A stretch of DNA of 24,373 nucleotides from Campylobacterota bacterium (GCA_034722955.1 JAYEOM010000015.1:1-24373); one strand, 5' to 3'. Counted from the first letter of the stretch, positions 1 to 8,482 are shown. Translations and numbers: made by a program. The notes: generated from the letters alone by a model not told the origin.

Positions 1-2
1 AT

Positions 3-401
3 ATAGATGAGCATACAAAAGTACTCAATGAGATGCAGTATTTTATCAACATGCAACCTACTCTCTTTGGTCATAAAATGGTAAAAAGCTACTATATAGA
101 GAAGTTACCCGAGTGGTTTGACCTGCACCTGCTCAGCATGGATAGTGAGCATTTTTGCATAGAGAGGTTCTATCTCTTTGAGAACATTTTTTGGTGCAAC
201 TTGGCGAAATGCTATATAGTTTTTGACTCGCAAATCCTGATCTCTATTGATATCAAAATCTGTAGTGACCCAGTAGTGGTCTCCATTTTTTGCGAGGTTT
301 TTTACAACAGCTGTTATATTTCTACCTTTTCTAATAGACTCCCACATAAAATAGAAAATCGCTCTAGGCATATCAGGGTGTCTGAGTATATTGTGTGGTG
401 A
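3..401 (+). CDS. Hemerythrin-domain protein, 5'-partial; hemerythrin-like sequence ends near nt 148, then reads through the antisense of the PAS gene
   Basis: Frame is open from nt 3: IDEHTKVLNEMQYF...LPEWFDLHLLSMDS matches the EHxxxL ... WxxxHxxxxD C-terminal iron-ligand pattern of bacteriohemerythrins. After MDS the sequence looks non-protein-like. Confidence 0.6.
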   Translation: MDEHTKVLNEMQYFINMQPTLFGHKMVKSYYIEKLPEWFDLHLLSMDSEHFCIERFYLFENIFWCNLAKCYIVFDSQILISIDIKICSDPVVVSIFCEVFYNSCYISTFSNRLPHKIENRSRHIRVSEYIVW

Positions 402-545
402 GCCTATCAGCTCTGTCTCTTTGTAGCCTGATATCTCCACAAAGTTACTGTTTCCATAGGTGATTATACCTTTTTCATTCGTTTTGCTCACTATCATAGT
501 GTTTGGGCTTATCTTTATCTCTTTTCCTGTTGGTACTGGTCGCAT
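105..545 (-). CDS. Stand-alone PAS domain protein (Aer/CetB-like), C-terminus probably truncated
   Basis: IVSKTNEKGIITYGNSNFVEISGY..ELIGSPHNILRHPDMP..F...W...VKNLAKNGDHYWV is the Aer-type PAS signature; AGGAG RBS upstream. Confidence 0.85.
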   Translation of the reverse strand: MRPVPTGKEIKISPNTMIVSKTNEKGIITYGNSNFVEISGYKETELIGSPHNILRHPDMPRAIFYFMWESIRKGRNITAVVKNLAKNGDHYWVTTDFDINRDQDLRVKNYIAFRQVAPKNVLKEIEPLYAKMLTIHAEQVQVKPLG

Positions 546-604
546 TATTTCTCCTTTATCTTGAATTATGTGATAGAGTTGCTAAAATATAGCTTATGCT
601 TGTG

Positions 605-853
605 CCTAGGGTGTTTGTGAAAAATTTGTATCCCAAGAGCATCTCTTCCCTACGGGCTTTATGAGGTTTCCCATATACGGCGTTAATCGTTTTTTGTACC
701 CCAAGGGCATTTCCTACGGGCAATTAGCTAAGGCTAATCCTGCAAACGATTGCCTTGTCTATGAAAAACCTCATAAAGCTATTTGGGTGTTTATTTCATT
801 GGGGTAGCCTTAACCAAAAGATTAATCGATGATTTTCTCGCAAATGCCCTAGG
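605..853. mobile_element. MITE-like element with CCTAGG ends, imperfect terminal inverted repeats and nested internal inverted repeats
   Basis: Left end cctagggtgtttgtgaaaaat versus reverse complement of right end cctagggcatttgcgagaaaat; CTAG at both ends; internal IR gctttatgaggtttcccata / tatgaaaaacctcataaagc; two direct copies of a ~27-31 bp unit tgtaycccaagrgcat..cctacgggc (627-657, 695-721). Confidence 0.65.
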
Positions 854-966
854 TGCAATGATAAGTGCTAGTTTAGTAATCTCTATTGCATATTTCTGGT
901 TTATTGTCAAATTAGTCTACACCAAGGAGTTCGTATTTATCTCTATGGGGTAGCCTAAGGGATAGG

Positions 967-1713
967 CTATATAGGCAAAACTCGAATATTCTCATCTATC
1001 TGCTGTTGCAGAGTAGACTCGATAGCGTAGAGTGTACCTGTGCTTCCTGTGCTACATGTGCTACATGCACCGAGGTAGCGAATGTAGATGTCATAGTGTG
1101 GCATGTTCTCTTTGATACATGATTTACAGAATGCTCCTGCTTTGGTGTAGTCTGTGACCTCTTCGATGGTTTTGAGTTTGTTGAGTTTGATCACCTCTTT
1201 GAGTGTATCTAGGGTGACTCTCGCACACTCACAGACGATGAACTCAGTCTCGAAGCTCTCCATATCTACACCCTTGTATTGACCTGCTGCTTTTTTGATA
1301 ACATCATACGCCATGACGCTACAGTGCATCTTTTGGGCTGGGACTGCTGGGACATCAGGAGTATCACGCATCGCTTTTTCGACATCTATATTGGTGATCT
1401 TGACCGCTTCATCTACTGTTTTGCCTAGGCAGAGTTCTGTCATGATATCACTCGATGCGATAGCAGTACCACAACCAAATGATTTGAACTTGGATGCTAC
1501 TATCTTGTCTGTGTTTTTCTCAACAGCCCAGTAGAGACGCACCGCGTCACCACAACTCTCTGCACCAAAATCTGCTACGATGAGTGTCGCATTGAGAGCT
1601 TCGGCTTCATCCTCTTTGATCTCACCTTGGTGTTGGGGGTTGTTCATCCTGTCTGTTACTATGTTGGAGTACTCATCCCATATAGAGCCACTTACTAAAT
1701 CATTTTTTGCCAT
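967..1713 (-). CDS. nifU: Fe-S scaffold NifU (IscU-like domain, [2Fe-2S] BFD-like domain, partial Nfu domain), apparent in-frame internal deletion
   Basis: SCGDAVRLY, FKSFGCGTAIASS, KMHCSVM, IVCECARV..AGAFCKSC and C-terminal RYLGACSTC; adjacent to nifS; only 248 aa. Confidence 0.9.
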   Translation of the reverse strand: MAKNDLVSGSIWDEYSNIVTDRMNNPQHQGEIKEDEAEALNATLIVADFGAESCGDAVRLYWAVEKNTDKIVASKFKSFGCGTAIASSDIMTELCLGKTVDEAVKITNIDVEKAMRDTPDVPAVPAQKMHCSVMAYDVIKKAAGQYKGVDMESFETEFIVCECARVTLDTLKEVIKLNKLKTIEEVTDYTKAGAFCKSCIKENMPHYDIYIRYLGACSTCSTGSTGTLYAIESTLQQQIDENIRVLPI

Positions 1714-1757
1714 TTTTTATCCTTTTTTATTTATATTTATAATCTCTTTATTATTGT

Positions 1758-1807
1758 GGTGGGATACTCCCACCATCTGTAACAATTGGTGGGACACTAC
1801 CACCCTA
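1758..1807. repeat. REPIN-like pair of GGTGGGA-NNN-TCCCACC palindromes; the foot of the second is interrupted by a MITE
   Basis: ggtgggatactcccacc (1758-1774) and ggtgggacactaccacccta (1788-1807); same unit and similar spacer as 8524-8578. Confidence 0.8.
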
Positions 1808-2112
1808 GGTTGTCGAAAAAGCACTAAATTATTCATCTATTCATTCTCTAAAAATGGATAGAACCATAGAATATGATAGGGGTCGAGTGTTGTAAAATCA
1901 ACTCACGCAGTGGGTGGATTTTCAACACTTGACCTCGGTTGTAGCATAGCTTTGTTTGAGCCGAGGTCAGGTGTCGACTGTTTCATTCCGCTACGCTTCA
2001 CAAAACACTCAACACCAGACCCCTGCCGTTCTACTGTTCAGACCCCTGCCATTCTGCACTATCCAAAAATTAGAAATGAAACATAGGCTAAATGAGCTAT
2101 TTTTCGACAGCC
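1808..2112. mobile_element. MITE with GG(C/T)TGTCGAAAAA terminal inverted repeats and TA target duplication
   Basis: ta|ggttgtcgaaaaa (1808-1820) ... tttttcgacagcc|ta (2100-2112); ~50 bp of the right end recurs inverted from 9995. Confidence 0.75.
1876..2026. repeat. 151-bp multi-hairpin repeat, copy 1 (nested in the MITE)
   Basis: Near-identical to 3426-3576; ends (a)taggggtc ... gacccct(g/a)c; three internal stem-loops. Confidence 0.85.
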
Positions 2113-2117
2113 TACTC

Positions 2118-3347
<1,230 letters not shown>

Positions 3348-3425
3348 TTATTATCTGTTATATGCTCTCTACAACTCTGATTAGGCTGTTGAAAACCCCT
3401 AAATCACTCACTTATTCATTCATTG

Positions 3426-3576
3426 ATAGGGGTCATGCGTTGTAAAATCAACTCACGAAGTGGGTGGATTTTCAACGCTTGACCTCGGCTGTAGCATAGC
3501 CTTGTTTTAGCCGAGGTCAGGTGTTGACTGTTTCATTCCGCTACGCTTCACAAAACACTCAACACCAGACCCCTAC
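3426..3576. repeat. 151-bp multi-hairpin repeat, copy 2; preceded by a MITE-like end ta|ggctgttgaaaa (3384-3395) and followed by a REP half (3585-3599)
   Basis: Direct repeat of 1876-2026 with few substitutions. Confidence 0.85.
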
Positions 3577-3643
3577 CATTTTATATACTCCCACCCTACA
3601 GCTATGATTTATATACGAAAGCGCTGTTTCGGTACAATCGAAT

Positions 3644-3964
3644 CTACGCGACGCGGCAGGCAAAGCAGCTGATTTGATCTTTGCAAGTGGCACAGGCAGG
3701 GGCTACCTCTCCTACAGAGTCATAGATAAACTTTTTCCATAATATATCTTTGGGTTTGAGCTGGAACAGGGTAGGGAAGTGTCGTTTCATATACTGCCCC
3801 ATCTCAAAACGATTTCTCAGCCCCAAATCCTCATAGAGGTGTCGCATCATCAGTGATGTTTTCGCGACATGGGGTGCTATCTCATCTCTTGCGTATGAAT
3901 CAACTGCGTGCTCTACTAGTAGTGCTGTCACCTTCTCTTCCAATATCTCTATACTTGTACTCAT
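3644..3964 (-). CDS. nifQ: NifQ-family molybdenum-delivery protein, short form (106 aa)
   Basis: HLYEDLGLRNRFEM..FPTL..WKKFIY..PACATCKDQISCF resembles the NifQ C-terminal domain; start ATG 3964 overlaps the upstream stop (ATGA). Confidence 0.75.
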   Translation of the reverse strand: MSTSIEILEEKVTALLVEHAVDSYARDEIAPHVAKTSLMMRHLYEDLGLRNRFEMGQYMKRHFPTLFQLKPKDILWKKFIYDSVGEVAPACATCKDQISCFACRVA

Positions 3965-5205
3965 AATGTCATCTCCACCATTTTCCCATTGACTATTTCG
4001 GCAAACTCCACACCAAAGGCATAACACTCCTCTAGCTCCTCTTTGGTCGGTACGAGTTTTACCTTTGTGGGTTGGAGTGGGACTCTAAACTTGAGTGTTT
4101 TTAATCTCTGGTTCATCATCTCTACAGCTTCACCACTCCAGCCATAGCTCCCAAACGATGCACCAAATTTGCCCTTTTTTTCTAATACCATCATACAGCT
4201 GAGTAGATCCCATATCGGCTTGGGTACATCACCATTGATAGTAGGTGAACCGATGATGATGCCCGTACTCTCTTCTAGGATGGTGAGCATGTTCTGCTCA
4301 TCAAGGGCTGTGAGGTCATACATGTGGGCAAGAAGCGTACTATCCTCTTCGACACCTTCCCATATAGCTTGTGCCATATCTTTGGTATTTTTATAGCTCG
4401 TGACATAGAAGATAGAGATGACCTTTTTGCCATGGTATCTATCCTCTTTGCTACTCCACTCACGATAGAGGTCTATATATCGTTGAGGATTTGTGCGAAT
4501 GATAGGGCCGTGGAGATTACAGATAGTATCTATCTCCAACTTATCATAGAGCTTCAGAGCATTAATTACATCCGTTTTAAAAGGTCGCATAATATGCTCA
4601 TAGTAGTACTTAAAAGCATAATCAAAATCCCCCACCATATCATCAAAGAGGCGATTGTCATAGTAGTGACTCCCAAAGACATCTCCACTAAAAAGCACTT
4701 CATCCTCCACAAGATAGCTACTGATAGTCTCAGGCCAATGCAGATGTGGTGTACTCATAAACTTAAAGGTTTTATTACCTACTTTTAACTCTTTGTTCGT
4801 CCATACAGCCTCAAAAGGTATATCATCACTATTGGTGATCGCTTTCATCATAGGGTTTGCCATAGGTGAGAGGAGGACTTTGGCATGGGGTGCTCTGCGG
4901 ACGAGTTCAGGTAAAGCACCAGAGTGGTCAGGCTCTAGGTGGTGCATGATGATATATTTGATCTCATCATAAGAGCATACAGACTCTAACTTCTCAAAAA
5001 ACTCCTCTGCAAACTCCTCTTTGACTGTATCAAGTACCACAAAACCATCATCACTCCGTACGACATAGGCGTTATAGGTCGTACCGTTGGCAGTTTTCAT
5101 GATGATATCAAAGACTCTCAGCTCAGGGTCACTCACGCCTATATAGTAGATATCCTCTTTTATCTGTGTCGCTTTGGCTTGGCTAGATTGGGGTTTTTGG
5201 CTCAT
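3961..5205 (-). CDS. fprA: Flavodiiron protein (FprA, A-type flavoprotein; O2/NO reductase)
   Basis: GTTYNAY, HLEPDHSG, HLHWPE, LFSGDVFG, HGP metallo-beta-lactamase di-iron ligands plus flavodoxin domain (GSPTING, FGSYGWSGEA). Start 5205 chosen just after the upstream stop; 5223 is an alternative. Confidence 0.92.
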   Translation of the reverse strand: MSQKPQSSQAKATQIKEDIYYIGVSDPELRVFDIIMKTANGTTYNAYVVRSDDGFVVLDTVKEEFAEEFFEKLESVCSYDEIKYIIMHHLEPDHSGALPELVRRAPHAKVLLSPMANPMMKAITNSDDIPFEAVWTNKELKVGNKTFKFMSTPHLHWPETISSYLVEDEVLFSGDVFGSHYYDNRLFDDMVGDFDYAFKYYYEHIMRPFKTDVINALKLYDKLEIDTICNLHGPIIRTNPQRYIDLYREWSSKEDRYHGKKVISIFYVTSYKNTKDMAQAIWEGVEEDSTLLAHMYDLTALDEQNMLTILEESTGIIIGSPTINGDVPKPIWDLLSCMMVLEKKGKFGASFGSYGWSGEAVEMMNQRLKTLKFRVPLQPTKVKLVPTKEELEECYAFGVEFAEIVNGKMVEMTL

Positions 5206-5206
5206 C

Positions 5207-5596
5207 TTAAACTCTTTCCTCATCGGCTTTTTTTTGCATCACTATTCTCTGAAGCCATAGTGGGGTAGTACCACCTAGCATCTTTTGGATAGAGTGTATA
5301 ACACTCTCTATCGTCTGCTCTTGATTAGAGGAACTCATAGGATAGATACCAGCCTTTTTAACCATATTGGCTGCTTTGGGTCCTATCTGAGAGACATAGA
5401 CGATATCACTCTCTCCTAGAGACTCTATCTTGTAGACGAGCTTTTCGACCTCATCATCGAGCTTTTTGGAGGCATCATTGTGAGCTACGAGTGTGGCACT
5501 CTGTGCATCTATATCATAAATATAAAAGGTTTCACACCATCCAAAGTGCTGGTTGACAGAGACTCCATCTGTCGAGGCAAAGGCTATGCGTATCAT
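5207..5596 (-). CDS. NifX/NifY/NifB-C family FeMo-cofactor-binding protein
   Basis: IRIAFASTDGVSVNQHFGWCETFYIY...IGPKAA; ATG 5596 overlaps the upstream TGA. Confidence 0.85.
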   Translation of the reverse strand: MIRIAFASTDGVSVNQHFGWCETFYIYDIDAQSATLVAHNDASKKLDDEVEKLVYKIESLGESDIVYVSQIGPKAANMVKKAGIYPMSSSNQEQTIESVIHSIQKMLGGTTPLWLQRIVMQKKADEERV

Positions 5597-6330
5597 ATGA
5601 TATAGATCCATATCTTCTCATCTATGACCTGCGTGAGTGTATTTTTGATCATATCATAGGTGTTGGTCGCACCTAGTGAACAGCCTGCACAGTTACCTTG
5701 GTAGGCAAATCGTATCTCTATCTCTGGGCTATTTTTGTAATCTAGCAGTATCATATCCCCTCCATCTTTGATGAGGATAGGACGGATATATCGCTCTATA
5801 GCATCTTCTATGACTGCTATCTGCTCATCCATAGATTTGTTACGAAATATTTGGTTAGGCTCTGCCTCTTCATTGACAGGCTTGTCTATACCACCCATCT
5901 GTGCTACAGCCATAGGGTGTCCACTCTTGGCAGCGTTTAGCATAGCATCAAAGCCCTCTGCGACTAGCTCTTTGTTGGTGCGGTCTTTGAGTAGGAGTAT
6001 CCCGAGTCTGAAGCTCGCTCCTTGATGTTTCTTGCGGACTGCTCTTCTAAAGTACTCAGTAGCTCTGTCCATATCCTCATCAACACCTATTCGAGTCTGA
6101 TATATCAGAGCTAGGTTATAGTTGGCAGAGTCATTATCATACTCACTCGCTTTCTCAAACCACTCTCTAGCTGTGCTATAGTCTTTGTCAACTCCTTGAC
6201 CTTTGAGATACATCAATCCCAAATTGGTCATCGCTTGATCATTTTTGTGTTTGACCTCTTCACTCCAGATCTCATGTGCTTTCTCATAATCTTTGGCTCT
6301 GTATGCCTTGAGTGCTTCTCTATGTTGCAT
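5593..6330 (-). CDS. Sel1-repeat protein fused to a C-terminal NifU/Nfu domain
   Basis: AMTNLGLMYLKGQGVDKDYSTAREWFEKAS and further Sel1 repeats; C-terminal IRPILIKDGGD..YQGNCAGC Nfu motif; ATG 6330 with GAGGGAG RBS. Confidence 0.85.
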   Translation of the reverse strand: MQHREALKAYRAKDYEKAHEIWSEEVKHKNDQAMTNLGLMYLKGQGVDKDYSTAREWFEKASEYDNDSANYNLALIYQTRIGVDEDMDRATEYFRRAVRKKHQGASFRLGILLLKDRTNKELVAEGFDAMLNAAKSGHPMAVAQMGGIDKPVNEEAEPNQIFRNKSMDEQIAVIEDAIERYIRPILIKDGGDMILLDYKNSPEIEIRFAYQGNCAGCSLGATNTYDMIKNTLTQVIDEKIWIYII

Positions 6331-6370
6331 AAATCTAACTCCCTCTTTTGAGTTTTGAATTGCTTTATTG

Positions 6371-6388
6371 TATGCAAGAAGTGTTCCA
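6371..6388 (-). promoter_or_regulatory. Sigma54 -24/-12 promoter for the Sel1-Nfu operon
   Basis: Minus strand TGGAACACTTCTTGCATA (GG-N10-GC), ~40 nt upstream of the start. Confidence 0.85.
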
Positions 6389-6409
6389 TTGATGGTGAGG
6401 ACAAAAGTT

Positions 6410-6430
6410 GTAGGGTGGGAGCATCCCACC
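6410..6430 (+). repeat. Single GTAG-foot REP
   Basis: GTAG GGTGGGA GCA TCCCACC. Confidence 0.8.
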
Positions 6431-6492
6431 ATTTGCTACTTGTCTACCAAATCTGATAGAGGAGCATTGAGGAATCTCTCAAAAACAATATA

Positions 6493-6577
6493 TTATTTAC
6501 ATTAAAGTGTAAATAACAGCTAATTTAACTTAAAATAACGATAGATATTATATATATTTATGCTATAGTGTAAATAA
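6493..6577. promoter_or_regulatory. Two candidate palindromic operators upstream of the XRE gene
   Basis: TTATTTACA-ttaaag-TGTAAATAA (6493-6516, perfect 9-bp IR) and atatttatgctatagTGTAAATAA (6554-6577, same length, same right half). Confidence 0.55.
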
Positions 6578-6588
6578 AAAGGTTGAGT

Positions 6589-6795
6589 ATGTATCTCAAA
6601 GAGCAGATAGCTACAACTGTCAAGCAGAGAAGAAAAGAACTTGGACTAGAGCAAGTTGATTTGTGTGAGATGGCAGATATAGGCTCTACCACACTCTCCA
6701 AACTAGAACAAGGCAAAGCCAATATTACTTTGGAGTCATTAGAGAAGTTACTGAATGTTTTGGGTCTAGTGCTTACAGTAGATGTGCAAGAGTAG
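6589..6795 (+). CDS. XRE-family HTH regulator (HipB/y4mF-like)
   Basis: VKQRRKELGLEQVDLCEMADIGSTTLSKLEQGKANITLESLEKLLNVLGL is a Cro/C1 HTH. Confidence 0.85.
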   Translation: MYLKEQIATTVKQRRKELGLEQVDLCEMADIGSTTLSKLEQGKANITLESLEKLLNVLGLVLTVDVQE

Positions 6796-6919
6796 CTAGA
6801 TGCAGAGAGTTGTCGCACAAAAAGTATAATTGATGAGGAGTTTGCGAAGATTGAATTTAGCAATTTAGAAAATGAGTCTATCAATATCCTATAGTCTCAC
6901 CGATTTGTGTAAAAAATTT

Positions 6920-6942
6920 GAGATTGAACGGCAGGGGCGTGG
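6920..6942 (+). repeat. Left 23-bp inverted repeat flanking the AAA ATPase
   Basis: gagattgaacggcaggggcgtgg; reverse complement matches 8376-8398 with one mismatch. Confidence 0.8.
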
Positions 6943-7146
6943 AGTCAAATGAATATCGAAGTTGGGTTAGTATTGAATGTAAGTCTCCATAAATACTATT
7001 ATGCATAAAGTTACTTAAGATAAGTTTATTATTATGTTAATCATAAATTCAAGTAATATTTTGTGAGGTTCCTGAGGCTAAGCCAAGGAAATAAACATTA
7101 CGCTATACTAGTGTAAACGATCATAAACATTTACAAAAGGCACGAT

Positions 7147-8346
7147 ATGCTAGAGAAACTCAAAAACTATGAACAAAAACTGCTCAGTAACTTTGGGATA
7201 ACCTATAGAAGATACCTCTATAACAAACTCAACGAAGAGGATAGGATGGTAGCGATAGTGGGTGCTAGGGGGATAGGAAAAACTACCACTCTACTGCAGA
7301 GGACAAAAGAGCTCAAAGAGAAGCATGGAGAGAGTAAAGTTTTGTACTTTACTTTTGATTATCCTTTTCTTATCAATAGTGATTTTTTCGAGCTCGTTGG
7401 TGAGTTTGTAGAGGCTGGTATAGAGTTTTTGATAGTCGATGAAGTGCATAAATACAATGATTTTGCTATACATCTCAAAGCTATCTATGATATTTATCCC
7501 ACTCTCAAGGTACTCTTTACTAGCTCATCGGCTATCTCACTCCTCAACTCACAGGCAGACCTCAGCCGAAGAGTGACAGTACATCATCTCAAAGGATTGT
7601 CCTTTAGAGAGTATTTGGAGATAACCCTAGCAAGAGAGATACACAGGTACGACATGAGAGATATTGTCACAAATCATATAGAGATCTCAAAAGATTTATC
7701 AAAAGATATAGAGATACAAAAAGAGTTTGCAGAGTATCTCAAGAGAGGCTATTATCCTTTCTATTTCGATAAAAGAGAGAGCTTTTTTCAGACACTCTTT
7801 AGCACTATCAATCTCACTCTTGATATAGACTTGGTCAATCTGAAACTCATAGAACAGAGATATACATACAAGCTCAAGAAACTTATAGAGGTAGTCTGTG
7901 AGAGCAATCCTTTTGAGGTAAATATGACCAAGATAGCTTCTCTCTCTGAGATAAGTAGAGTCAAACTCTATGACTATTTGGATTTTTTAGAAAAAGGAGA
8001 ACTACTCAATCTCATAGAAGAGAATACCCAAGGCTTGAAAAAGATTTCAAAACCATCCAAAATATATCTAGCCAACACAAACCTACTCTATACTTATTGT
8101 GAAAATGCCAAGATAGGCACTATAAGAGAGACATTTTTCGTAAACCAGATAAAGGGAAACTTGACTATCAAGAGTCTAAAGGCTGGTGATTTTATCGTAG
8201 ACAATCGCTACACATTTGAAGTAGGAGGCAAAAACAAAAGCTTCAATCAGATAAAAGATATGCCCGATAGCTATGTAGTCGCAGATGATATCATAGTAGG
8301 CAAAGGCAACAAAATACCTCTATGGGTTTTTGGGTTTTTGTATTAG
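7147..8346 (+). CDS. AAA_14-family ATPase with DUF4143-like C-terminus
   Basis: Walker A GARGIGKTT, Walker B LIVDEVH, FTSSS, GLSFREYL, GYYP, KIYLANTNL, RETFFVNQ, GDF..FEVGGKNK. Confidence 0.88.
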   Translation: MLEKLKNYEQKLLSNFGITYRRYLYNKLNEEDRMVAIVGARGIGKTTTLLQRTKELKEKHGESKVLYFTFDYPFLINSDFFELVGEFVEAGIEFLIVDEVHKYNDFAIHLKAIYDIYPTLKVLFTSSSAISLLNSQADLSRRVTVHHLKGLSFREYLEITLAREIHRYDMRDIVTNHIEISKDLSKDIEIQKEFAEYLKRGYYPFYFDKRESFFQTLFSTINLTLDIDLVNLKLIEQRYTYKLKKLIEVVCESNPFEVNMTKIASLSEISRVKLYDYLDFLEKGELLNLIEENTQGLKKISKPSKIYLANTNLLYTYCENAKIGTIRETFFVNQIKGNLTIKSLKAGDFIVDNRYTFEVGGKNKSFNQIKDMPDSYVVADDIIVGKGNKIPLWVFGFLY

Positions 8347-8375
8347 CATTTTGAAATTGTCTTGACTTTTGAAAA

Positions 8376-8398
8376 CCACACCCCTGCCGTTCAATCTC
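8376..8398 (-). repeat. Right 23-bp inverted repeat flanking the AAA ATPase
   Basis: ccacacccctgccgttcaatctc. Confidence 0.8.
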
Positions 8399-8482
8399 CA
8401 CTTTTATAATTTTCACTAACCATAAAAATAGCTGACTTAGAAAAGAAAGAGATAAATTGCCAAAAAAACTACTCTCAAAGTA

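Noticed and set aside
905..921. TGT...ACA resembling a NifA upstream activator site
   Set aside because: Spacer is 11 nt rather than 10, and no sigma54 promoter was seen nearby.
6331..6432. N-terminal extension of the 279-aa ORF
   Set aside because: It runs through the sigma54 promoter and a REP; ATG 6330 has a good RBS.
6558..6884. 108-aa minus-strand ORF
   Set aside because: Ser-rich antisense shadow of the XRE gene. The other short antisense ORFs inside nif genes were dismissed for the same reason.
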